64,000 bases of DNA. Origin: Eledone cirrhosa (lineage: Eukaryota). The first letter of the stretch is position 1; each line of letters begins with the position of its first letter. A program made the translations under genes and the position numbers. Shown here piece after piece: positions 40,499 through 52,335 of this stretch. The notes under the pieces were generated by a model. That model saw only the letters and a list, made by a program, of their open reading frames with translations, searched no databases and had not been told where the DNA came from. The stretch is from the NCBI GenBank assembly GCA_964016885.1, contig OZ024742.1:232996001-233060000 (forward strand). The letters run 5' to 3'.

Positions 40499-40601
40499 TA
40501 TATATTATATATATATATATATATACACATATGTATATATACACATGTATACACATATATATACACATATGTATACATATATATACACATATATATATGC
40601 A

Positions 40602-40632
<31 letters not shown>

Positions 40633-40640
40633 AATACATA
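40273..40640. repeat. Compound (AT)n/(AC)n microsatellite
   Basis: Directly visible. Similar tracts at 36170-36310 and 50257-50315. Confidence 0.95.
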
Positions 40641-41231
40641 CATACATAACTTTACAGTGTGTGCTGGGGGCTTTGGTGGGAGGGGTATGTGGGGATTAGG
40701 GAGGTGTGTGTTAGGGGCGGAGTTAGGATGTGGAAGGTGTATGGAAGGGGAGGTGAAGGTGAAGGTGGTGCATTCCAGATGTATGTTTCAGTCTGTGTTC
40801 ATATATAAATTTACAAATATTAAAATGCTACCACCACTGCCATTATCATCATTATTATGATGCATTGTCTGCTTCCACTACTATGCATTGCTTTAATGAT
40901 ATCCATGGTTAACTATAGGTGGGTGGATGGTAGAGCTCCAATCTCTTCCATAGCGGCTGTTAGACCATGTCAAGATTTCAACATAGAATACAAAGGACCA
41001 GAACATATATTACAAGCTCTCTTGTCTGACATGCCAACAATTCCACCAGTCTACCACTCTAATCTTGTACTTTATTTAGCAACCCTGAGAAGATGAAAGG
41101 CAAAATTGACCTTGGTGGGATTTGAACTCATAACATAAAGAACTAAAATATATACCAAAAGGCATTTAGTCCAATGTTCAAATGGTTTTGTTAATTTGTC
41201 AACAACACACAAAATAAATATATTTATTTAC

Positions 41232-41312
41232 AAATAGGATCTGTAACCAAGGGATGAATTCTCTGCCGATCTTCAGTTTCATGTGAAGTAGAAGGAGTCC
41301 ATATAGGAGAGC
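41232..41312 (-). CDS. BRCA2: BRCA2 exon (SSPIWTPSTSHETEDRQRIHPLVTDPI)
   Basis: tttcag|GCTC...ATTT|gtaaat; 81 nt, phase 1-1; resembles human STPDGTIKDRR...LEPI. Confidence 0.75.
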
Positions 41313-41385
41313 CTGAAAATATTTACATTACATTAATAACTAGAATATCATGAAAAAATACAACCTATTAAAATCATATGAATTT

Positions 41386-41689
41386 AAATAGAGCTTCACC
41401 GTATTTTTAACTAAGTAAATTAGCCTAATAGTTGGAGTTATAAAAACCCCCAGAATGGAAAAAGGATGAGCATTGACGTACATGGATGGGACATGAACCC
41501 ACATCTTTGGCTATCATGACCACTGTGTTAACCATTACACCCATACATAACACAGTGGTCATGATAGCCAAAGATGTGGGTTTGTGTCCCATGTACGTCA
41601 ATGCTCATCCTTTTTCCAATCTGTGGGTTTTTATAGCTCCAACTATTAGGCTAATTTCCTCAGTCAAAAGTACGGTGGAAGCTCTATTT
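41386..41689. repeat. Long inverted repeat (about 145-bp arms, 17-nt loop)
   Basis: ...catgaccactgtgtta [accattacacccataca] taacacagtggtcatg...; pairing extends to aaatagagctt/aagctctattt. Confidence 0.92.
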
Positions 41690-44600
41690 CACTATCAAAT
41701 TTTCAAATTCTCCACTGTTTGTAAACAAAGGTAATTTTCAAAACAACGCTAAGCTCTCTATCTTATATATAAATTTAAATAGTTATTTGTAATATTGATG
41801 CACTACAACTATATTAAGATTTGCATCATCTGCTATTTAAAATTAATTCTTCACCTCCTGTACCACATAAAACCACATTAGCAAGACATTCTTCAAAACT
41901 ACAAAATATTAAAAATTAAAATCTTTACTCTAATATTGTAACCCCCCCCCCCCCAAAAAAAAACCTGTTCACTAGTAAAGATACTATAAACATTTGAATT
42001 AAACACCCATTCTAACATATTTTTAGCTAAATCATCACATGATAATATAGCAAATTTTCACAACTATCTCTTCACTAGTAAAGATACTATAAACATTTGA
42101 ATTTACAAACCTGCTTTAAGATATTTTTAGCTAAATCTTACAGGATATTAATAGTTAAATATCCTAATGCCAGAAATGAACGCTTTTGAATCTTCATGAA
42201 ACAGTAGTCTAGTGGATGGGACTATTTTAACATGTTTTTATGGCTTAACTATGGAAGGAAGGATGCACTCACAACTTTCTGAAAGGTCTTTGAGACTGAT
42301 GGAGGAAGGAAATCATGACTTGTGAGTTATTCTCAGCCTAGAAATTTGGTTCAATTGCTTACAACAATGAATTTCACTAAAGGCATCAAAGTGCCAGGTG
42401 ATGGCATTAAACAGGGTAATGGATTAAGCCAGGCTTACATAAGAAATAAAGATTCCTAGTTCAAATCCGCACTGGTACTATGTAAACATCCAGGAATAAT
42501 GGCTGATTGGACATTCAAATGATTGAAACAGTGTAGATGAACAAGAGATTCAAGGCCATGTAAAACGTTAGGAGCACTAATGATAGGTTTCATACTCAAC
42601 ATGGGGTTATCTTTGAGGTAATGTTCCCACAGCTAGATCTCTTACCTAGTACCAATTCTTTTAGTTATCTCTTATGACTTACAAGGATACAGTGTACCTT
42701 TTTTAAACTGGATACATCATAAAAGAAGAGGTTAATAGTTTGGAAAGTAATAATCGTGCTTTTAAAACTTTTAGTGAAACTTCATTTAAATGTTTATCAA
42801 TTTTTAGTGAAACTAATTAAATGTTTACCAATTTTTAGATAATGTATAAAAACTGTAGAACTTTATACCAATAAAAGACATGGGTAGTCATGATATAAAC
42901 ATATACAAAAGAATTAAATGTTATCCATTTCTATAGTTGACTGTAGATGAAACAAAAGAAATGTCCATCTCTTCATATGAAGGAAAAACATTTTTCTTAA
43001 TATTTTCATTTTGGTAGTTTTTCATTGCAATTAAATGATAAACCTTTTTACTCTGACAGTAAAAATATTCCTTTCTATATTAGTCTTCCAATAGTATGTT
43101 TCATTTAATAATTCCAATAATGAAATTATTATGCATTAAGAAATAAACCACAAACTATATTGAACTCATCTGTAATAAATACTAGGGTTGCAGATAATCG
43201 ACTATTATCGCTTTGGGGACAAGAAAACCAATGGTGAGTGAGAACTTCAGAAAACACATTGGAATAAACATGTAGAAATACATAAGAAACATTATTTCCC
43301 AGGACACACAATCTAAGCCGACTAGTGTAATATTTCCTAGTGCTTGAATGTACTGATCTACACCATTGAATGTTACTTGTGACTGACTAAGGGGCATAAC
43401 TCACTGAAGGTTAGAGTGTCAGAGTAGAAGAGAGACATTCTTACCCACCAAAGAGGATATGTGTTTAATTGATCTTTTAAAAAGATATATAATTAAAAAT
43501 TATAAAGATTCTGATTATATGTTTATTTAAAGGTATTCAAAAAGTTCTCAGTAATAATGGTTCCAGTTATCTTAACTCATACAAACAAAATACAAAATGT
43601 AATGATCAAATTCAAGGACTTGTAAATTATAATGTAAAAACTTCAAAATTTTCTCCATGTTTAGAGCATAGCTGATTTTTTGCAGGCACATGGTACCTCC
43701 TGCAGTAAAATCAGCCTAATTTTGCCATATTATGCTCTGAAATAGTAGTGCGTAATTGTGAGAAATTATGAAATCAATTACAATACGCATTTTCTTATCA
43801 CAATACATAATTATATTATAGATAATCTGTGACTGGTGCACTAGAAAATGCTACAAGAACTACAAGGCAGTGTTACTGATTCTGGTGTCAAGGGAAACAA
43901 CTTTTACTCAGCCAAGAAAATAGTTTTAACACGGACGAAAATTTTAAAAATAAGTCAAGATCAGATACATATTTATAAAAAGATGGCATTAAGAAAAGTA
44001 TTTGGGTAAATCTAGAAACAATAAATTACTCTTGTAATTTATAGTGAAATCTGTTGAGTCTCTTCAGTAAACAAGTCACAAAACAGGTAAAGTTCTAAGC
44101 ATTAAGAGATAAACAAGTGTTTTGATTTTTCTTTCAAATGTGAATCACTCATCCTGATTTGTCAGGAGGATGCCTTTTAAAAAACACATATTATTTTATG
44201 AATTTGTGGCTAAAAGTGAAATGGATAAATGCTGAAACCAAATTAGCTGTAATGTGACTAGAGATTAAGGTACCGAATTTAGATTATGGGTTCAAAGCCT
44301 AATCTCTAGTTGTCATAGCTGTAAATGATTTAGTATAATAACAAAAATATAAAAGCAACACATAATCATGCAAATATCAGAATTTTCTGGAATATCTAAG
44401 TTATGTCGTGGACCCATAATCCCTGATGGAGTTGTATGGATTCTGTAATGACATACGGCATGTCTTAGGCTTTTTAAACCTGGCAGAGCCCATCTTTCCA
44501 GAGAAGGAAAGAGAGTGAAAGAGGTATAAAGGAAAAATTGACTCCAGTACTGGACTAAGAAAGAATGAAAAGCAAAATTGACCTCGGCAGGACTTGAACT

Positions 44601-44729
44601 CAGAGTGCAGAGAGCTGGGATGGATATTGCAACACATCATGTTCAACATTCCAACGACTCTGCCAATTCACTGTTTTTTCATGTAAATGTAGAATAAAAG
44701 TAAAAATAGAAATGAAAGTGTATACTTAC

Positions 44730-47700
44730 TCCTTTTACTATTTAGTTGTAAAAGTTTGTTATCTTCCTGTTGCAAATTTTCAAATATACTTGGATATGGG
44801 TCAATCTCATTTTTTTCAGCCAAATTTCCTATTTGGTTTGATTTTTCTGATAATATATTGCTGTGTGATATTTCAGGGTTTATTAAATTCTCTTCACCAC
44901 TGTTCTCTGAGAGAATCTGTCTAGCACATTTGACAGATTTCTTTGAAACAGTTACATTTTTGCCTAAAGCTGTTTGAAATGCCAGAATATGTGGGTTTGA
45001 GTCAAGCTGGTTGTTTTTACCATTATCAGCCAAATCACCCTTTATTTCAGATTCGTTTGATTTACCTGATATTATATTTTTGTGTGATATTTCCTGCTTT
45101 GATACTTGATTTATTGAATTCTCTTCATTATTGTTTTTTGAGAGAATTTCTTTAGCACATTTAACTGACTCTTCTGAAACTGTTACATTTTTGCCTAAGG
45201 CTGTTTGAAATGCCACAAAATGTCCAGCTGTATTACTACTATAAGCAGAAGTAGATTTTTCAGATTCATTCTGTTTGGAGACATGATCTTTCCCTGAAGT
45301 CACTTGAACTGTATTACTTTTGATAAAGTAAAATTCCTTTTCCATCTTTTCAACAGCAGATGTCATGGCTTGTTCCTCTGAGATATCATCATTCATTTGG
45401 TTGTCAACAGGAATATCATTAAAAGCCTTTATTTCTTTACTAGCATTATGAATGTTTGGCTTAATACACATTTGTAATGGTATAAGGGATGGTTTATTAT
45501 CATCTGGTCTGAAGGGCTGGTTTTCATATATTTCCATTGATTCTGCTAATATATCATCAGAAATATCAGAATTTTTTGATATTATGCTCTCATAATCCTC
45601 TTCTTTTCCACTGTAAACTGATGTTGATTGTGGATTGTCTGAGGTGCATCTTGATCTTTTGCAAACTGAGTTTATGTTTATATCAGATTCTTCTGATAAG
45701 TTTCTTTTTTTACTCTCAGATGTTTCAATTGGATCAGAATCATTACCTTCTGAAAAACTTTTCTGAAATTCATCTAATAATTGGTAGCATTGTTCAGAAA
45801 TGTCTTCATTTGGGGAAATTATTGACTTCTCTTCCACTAAACCTGATGTATTATTAGCAGGTGCCATCGTAGCTATTTCAGTTTCAGAAGAATTTAAATC
45901 AGTAAGCAAAAGATCACTTACAACATTTTTCTCAAGAGATTGATTCATTTCTTTTACTGAATCAAGATTTAATATATTTTCTACTTTCAAATTAGTGTGA
46001 GGTTCAAGATGTAATTGTTGGCTGTCGTTATTAGTAGCACAAACATTATTGCAATGGTTATTATCGGATGCTATGTTAGAAGATACTCTTATACATGAAG
46101 ATGAAATTTCATGAGTTTGAAGGTTTGTAATACTAGGTCTAACAATTTTGCTTTCAATTTCTAATAATTTGGGGGTTTTACTCAATGTTTCACCATTTTC
46201 ATCAACAATGCATTTAAAATCATCAGATGGGAAATGTTGAATTTTTTCTTGTAAATATTCATTTGTTGTTGAAGACACTCTTAAATGATTAGTACTATCA
46301 ATTTTACTTCCACCTAAATCTCTAGATTCTGTGACATATTCTTTGACATTTTGTTCCTCTGCTTCATTAATTATATGTTTCTCCATTAGATTAATAATTG
46401 GAAAAGTGCTTTTTGATTCATATTTAGCACCAGCTATGTCTCTATCTGTGTTCTCTAAGCATGAGATTTGTTTTTCAACAGGAGAAATAGTGTTGGCCAT
46501 CTGTTCTTCACAAAATATATTATTGCATTCATTATCATTAATAGAGTTTAAACTAAATTTATTATGAAGTAAGGCAGATTTATTAATTATTCTGGGAGAT
46601 TTGAATGGACAGAATCTTTTTGGCAATTGTTTTTCAGAAATTGAATTAAATGTAAGTTTTCTTTTAAGGCTTCTACTTTCTTCAAGCTTCCTTTCCTTAA
46701 TATTCTGCATATTGCAAACCAATTCAAGAGACTCCTTATCACTAGTTTTTGTGGAATTTATTGTTTTAGGAAATAAAATAGCTTCTAGATATTGCTCATT
46801 ACCAGTCATGAATTGTTTAGCCTTTTGTAAGCTCTGTTCCTTTATTGGAATTTTTCCTCCTTTGGCTGAAGAAAATCCTTGGAAATCTGGAACAGTTTCA
46901 TTAAAGTCATCTACTAAAGTTTGTGCCTTTTGTAAGCTCTGTTCCTTTATTGGAATTTTTCCTCCTTTGGTTGTAGAAAATCCTTGGAAATCTGGAACAA
47001 TTTTATCACAATCATCTACTAAACTTTGTGCCTTTAGTAAGCTCTGTTCCTTTATTGGAATTTTCCCTCCTTTAGCTGTAGAAAATCCTTGGAAATCTGG
47101 AACAGTTTCATTAAAGTCATCTACTAAACTTTGTGCCTTTTTTAAACTCTGTTCCTTTATTGGAATTTTTCCTCCTTTGGCTGTAGAAAATCCTTGGAAA
47201 TCTGGAACAGTTTCATTAATGTCATTTAGTAAACTTTGTGCCTTTTGTAAGCTCTGTTCCTTTATTGGAATTTTTCCTCCATTTGATGTAGAAAATCCTT
47301 GGAATTTCTCAACAGTTTTATTACAGTCATCTACTAAACTTTGTGCCTTTTGTAAGCTCTGTTCCTTTATTGGAATTTTTCCTCCATTTGATGTAGAAAA
47401 TCCTTGGAATTTCTCAACAGTTTTATTACAGTCATCTACTAAACTTTGTGCCTTTTGTAAGCTCTGTTCCTTTATTGGAATTTTCCCTCCTTTAGCTGTA
47501 GAAAATCCTTGGAATGTCTCAACAGTTTTATTACAGTCATCTACTAAACTTTGTGCCTTTTGTAAGCTCTGTTCCTTTATTGGAATTTTCCCTCCTTTAG
47601 ATGTAGAAAATCCTTGGAATGTCTCAACAGTTTTATTACAGTCATCTACTAAACTTTGTGCCTTTTGTAAGCTCTGTTCCTTTATTGGAATTTTCCCTCC

Positions 47701-49278
47701 TTTAGATGTAGAAAATCCTTGGAATTTCTCAACAGTTTTATTACAGTCATCTACTAAACTTTGTGCCTTTTGTAAGCTCTGTTCCTTTATTGGAATTTTC
47801 CCTCCTTTAGCTGTAGAAAATCCTTGGAATGTCTCAACAGTTTTATTACAGTCATCTACTAAACTTTGTGCCTTTTGTAAGCTCTGTTCCTTTATTGGAA
47901 TTTTCCCTCCTTTAGCTGTAGAAAATCCTTGGAATGTCTCAACAGTTTTATTACAGTCATCTACTAAACTTTGTGCCTTTTGTAAGCTCTGTTCCTTTAT
48001 TGGAATTTTCCCTCCTTTAGCTGTAGAAAATCCTTGGAATGTCTCAACAGTTTTATTACAGTCATCTACTAAACTTTGTGCCTTTTGTAAGCTCTGTTCC
48101 TTTATTGGAATTTTCCCTCCTTTAGCTGTAGAAAATCCTTGGAATGTCTCAACAGTTTTATTACAGTCATCTACTAAACTTTGTGCCTTTTGTAAGCTCT
48201 GTTCCTTTATCGGAATTTTCCCTCCTTTAGCTGTAGAAAATCCTTGGAATGTCTCAACAGTTTTATTACAGTCATCTACTAAACTTTGTGCCTTTTGTAA
48301 GCTCTGTTCCTTTATTGGAATTTTCCCTCCTTTAGCTGTAGAAAATCCTTGGAATTTCTCAGTTTTATTACAGTCATCTTCTAAAGTGTGTGCCTTTTGT
48401 AAGCTCTGTTCCTTTATTGGAATTTTTCCTCCTTTGGCAGTAGAAAATCCATGGAAATCTGGAACAGTTTCATTAAAGTCATTTAGTAAATTTTGTGCCT
48501 TTTGTAAACTCTGTTCCTTTATTGGAATTTTTCCTCCATTTGTTGTAGAAAATCCTTGGAAATCTGGAACAGTTTCATTAAAGTCATCTACTAAACTTTG
48601 TGCCTTTTGTAAGCTCTGTTCCTTTATTGGAATTTTTTTACCTTTGGCTGTGGAAAACCCTTGGAATTTCTCAATAGTTTCCTCACTGTTAATCCTTAAA
48701 TGTTCTGTCTTCTGTAAGCTTTCTTCATTTATCTGAATATTTTGCACTTTAATATTTTGATCTCCATTTTCAACCTTTTCAATGATAATTTTTTTCTGAC
48801 CTTGCTGCTTATTGCTATCATCTTGTTTAATATCATCTGATAATTTAGTATCTAACTCATCATTGAAACTCTCAGAAAAATCTTCTGATGATTGCCAATA
48901 TACTATCTGGCTGGCTGTAAAATGATCTTCAACAGAACTATTGTGTTTAGAAATATCTTTGAACTGTTTGCAGTAAGGAAAATCAGTTTTGTTATATATT
49001 AAAATATTTTTACACTTGTTATCTTCATTAGGCCTCTTTGTGACAATACCTGAAGAAACAGAAGCCTGTGTTACATTGTTCTGGGGTAAAGAAGATTTAT
49101 TTTTAGAAGATCGTAATGAATATTTGTGAGGAAATATATGGGGAGTCTTGTGGATTTTACCAATTGCTGCTTCATGCATTAGTTTCTCTTTATGATAAGT
49201 TAGAAAAGGCATTTGTTGTTTGTCTGTGATCTGATCAACAGAAGTAGAAAGATTTTCTTCTGAATGTAATGAGATATT
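44730..49278 (-). CDS. BRCA2: BRCA2 BRC-repeat exon (equivalent to human exon 11), 4,549 nt
   Basis: 1514-aa ORF extended upstream to ttctag|AATATC; donor AGGA|gtaagt; phase 0-1. Contains 18 tandem and 2 dispersed BRC motifs (F-x-T-A-x-G-x-K...S-L-x-K-A). Confidence 0.95.
44904..45219 (-). repeat. Two dispersed BRC repeats (AFQTALGKNVTVS..SVKCA..IL), about 230 bp apart
   Basis: Both match the BRC consensus F-x-T-A-x-G-K-x-V-x-V-S-x-x-S-x-x-x-A and lie within a local duplication. Confidence 0.85.
46810..48680 (-). repeat. Coding tandem array of 18 x 105-bp (35-aa) BRC repeats
   Basis: The plus-strand anchor gaaaatcc recurs at 46871, 46976 ... 48341 (105-bp period), then 48443, 48548, 48653. 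Unit FQGFSTAKGGKIPIKEQSLQKAQSLVDDCNKTVET. Confidence 0.97.
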
Positions 49279-50253
49279 CTAGAATAAAGGTGTAAAAAAA
49301 AGTAAAATTCAAATTAGATTTTAACAGATAAGTTTTTCAACAAAACAGTTCAATGCAATAATGAAATATCTTCAGTCAAACATTATCGCTTTTAATACAA
49401 AACTCCCTGAAACCATCCATGGTTATTTGATACTAAACTGTTTATCTGAAAAACTTTCATCATAATTTCATATAAGAACCATTTTCAAGTTATGTTCCAA
49501 TACAGTTTAATAATGAGAAACTTAGTTATATTAATAAACATCTATATAGTCTTTCTTGCTATTCTGAGTTCAAATCCCACCGAGGTTAACTTTGCCTTTC
49601 ATCCCTACGGGGTCGATAAAATAAAGTACCAGTAATACACTGGGTAATTCCTGGCCTTGTGCCAAAAGTAGAAACAATTATTTTCAAAATGATTTGAAAA
49701 TAATAGGCAACAAGGCTCAAAGCTCAGTTGTGTTAGTTCATTCTATTTACTTTACATTTACTAAATATACTCTGTATCGCACTCTATCTATCCATCTATC
49801 TAAACATCAATCTTTTATCCGAAAACCGAAAACCAAATATTTTTTCCAGGATGTCGTCTGCACACCAGAGCTCACATTTAACATTGATCCGAAAAAAGCA
49901 ACAGTCAACCCATGTCACGCAGTTGTTTATGCTTAAAGTTTTACTTGATGTTTTGTCTTTTTTTTTAAATTATTTATTCGGGGTATTCAATAATCCCTGA
50001 GCTAGGCCACCTAAGTTCATGTAGCCCTGCTAGGGTGACAAGAGCGCGCTACCTCCCTCACTGAGTAACTGCCGGGATTGAGGCGCAAACTCGCAACCTT
50101 ACGGCTACAAGCTGAGCACTTTACCACTGAAACCCTGTCCCCTGTAATGTTTTATCTCAAAAACTTTAAAATCTACGCAGTATCTACCCACCTGGCTGTT
50201 TATACTATCTAACAAACTCTAATACATAAATAAAAACATCTGCAAATTTCTAA

Positions 50254-50321
<68 letters not shown>

Positions 50322-50355
50322 ACACATAAATCAAATTAATAATTAAATACTATAC

Positions 50356-50441
50356 CTTATCTCTGTATATATCGGGAAACAAAGAATGTTCTTCTGTTAT
50401 CAGTGGGGCATTAGTATTCTTGCTTTTTTGTTGCAAAACAC
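50356..50441 (-). CDS. BRCA2: BRCA2 small exon (GVLQQKSKNTNAPLITEEHSLFPDIYRDK)
   Basis: tttcag|GTG...GATAAG|gtatag; 86 nt, phase 1-0, links the two large exons in frame. Confidence 0.8.
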
Positions 50442-50447
50442 CTGAAA

Positions 50448-50492
<45 letters not shown>

Positions 50493-51068
50493 CATGCACA
50501 AAAAGTTGTCTGGAGAATATAAAGAAAAGACAGTTGAGTTTCACAGATATGTGATCAATGGCAGGAAGAATGTGAAATAGGAATGGACCTCAATTGATTC
50601 TGATGATGAGTGTACCAGTTGTTCAATAAACGGAAGAACCAGTTTAAGAAATGGATATGCAAGTGGCTGAGCATTTTACAGACACATGCTTTTAACTTAA
50701 TTCTCATGGAGATTTAGCATGTCACAGTGTGTGACATGGTTGGCCCTTTGAATTATAGGTACAGTTCATCCAAAGAACTTCTGAATAATTCCTGTTTACC
50801 CAATTTCACTTGACCATGGGCTATAGTAAATGACATTTGCCCAAGATGCCATGCAGTGGGATTGAGCCCACGGCCTAATAATTGCAAAGTGAATCTCTCA
50901 ACCATATGTAGGAAATAAGGATATAAAGAGCAGTTGAAACTCAAAACTCCATCAAATAAAGCTGTTGAAAACAAAGGTGTTATCAGAATGACTAAAAACA
51001 AGACACTATACTGTTGTTGTGGCTTGTTATGCAAACAGCACAAAACTTCCACCGTTACTAATATTTAA

Positions 51069-51276
51069 CCCTTTAGCATTTACATTACACTATATTTACT
51101 ATTGTATTTTCATGGTAAAGACTTTACCTCACATAATATCGAATCTATGAGATTTTGATATTATTTATGTTGAGAACAACATCTTAGTGTCAGTATGAGC
51201 AGCCGGTTATGGCTGGTTCAAACAGAAAGAGGTGAGAGAATTCTGGCCGGATATGGCCAGTTTAAATGCAAATGGG
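51069..51276. mobile_element. piggyBac-like MITE (TTAA TSD)
   Basis: TTAA|CCCtttagcattta...taaatgcaaatGGG|TTAA. Further copies at about 4280-4489, 13750-13914 and 26445-26650. Confidence 0.75.
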
Positions 51277-51513
51277 TTAAACAACAGAACAATGCCCAAG
51301 GAAATTATTCCATCTGGTGTTCTTGTTTACACCCTTCCACATTGTCTTAAGTTACATTATACACCCTTCTACACTCTTAAGTTAAATTATACTTCTATAC
51401 TGTTGTTAAGTTACATCATACACCCTTCCATACTGTTGTTAATCTAAACTGTACAACCTTCCATCTTGTAAACCTACAACATTGCAGATTGTTATCAACT
51501 TAGATAATATTAC

Positions 51514-52335
51514 CTTCTACAGTGTCGTTTGTTTGGACAGCAGTACAGCCTTCCTCATTGTTGTTAGTTTGAACAGAGCAGTTTTCCACAGGGTCATCAG
51601 TTTGGACAACAGCACAATCTATCACAGTATTGTTAGTTTGGATAGCAGCACAAGTTTCTACAGTGTTGTTAGTCTGGACAGCAGCACAACCTTCTACAGT
51701 GTTGTTAGTTTGATCAGCAGTACAACCTTCTGCAGTGTTGTTAGTCTGGACAGCAGTACAGCTTTCTACAGTGTTGTTAATCTGAACAGCAGCACAATCT
51801 TCTAGAGTGTTGTTAGTCTGGACAGCAATACAACCTTCTGCAGTGTTGTTAGTTTGGACAGCAGCACAACTTTCTATAGTGCTGTTAGTTTGGACAGCAG
51901 CACAACTTTCTGCAGTGTTGTTAGTTTGGACAGCAGTACAGCTTTCTACAGTGTTGTTAATTTGGACAGCAGCACAACCTTCTGCAGTGTTGTTAGTTTG
52001 GACAGCAGCACAACCTTCTGCAGTGTTGTTAGTTTGGACAGCAGCACAACCTTCTGCAGTGTTGTTAGTTTGGACAGCAGTACAGCTTTCTACAGTGTTG
52101 TTAATTTGGACAGCAGCACAACCTTCTGCAGTGTTGTTAGTTTGGACAGCAGCACAACCTTCTGCAGTGTTGTTAGTTTGGACAGCAGTACAGCTTTCTA
52201 CAGTGTTGTTAATTTGGACAGCAGCACAACCTTCTGCAGTGTTGTTAGTTTGGACAGCAGCACAACCTTCTGCAGTGTTGTTAGTTTGGACAGCAGCACA
52301 ACCTTCTGCAGTGTTGTTAGTTTGGACAGCACCAT
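51514..52335 (-). repeat. Coding 36-bp minisatellite, about 23 x 12 aa (AAVQTNNTAEGC)
   Basis: Plus-strand unit ttagtttggacagcagcacaaccttctgcagtgttg, with degenerate copies on both sides. Confidence 0.95.

Noticed and set aside
40142-40860. Many YI/CV-rich ORFs (also 36033-36348)
   Set aside because: Translations of (AT)n/(AC)n microsatellites.
42920-43060. Short open minus-strand stretch (SKKVYHLIAMKN...)
   Set aside because: Wrong phase for the upstream donor, no convincing donor and no homology.
46810-48680. Regular repeats superficially like a CRISPR array
   Set aside because: No unique spacers, in-frame coding, eukaryotic context, no cas genes.
46601-48736. 711-aa plus-strand ORF with 35-aa repeats
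   Set aside because: Antisense shadow of the BRC array; a stop-free unit repeated 18 times gives a long ORF automatically.
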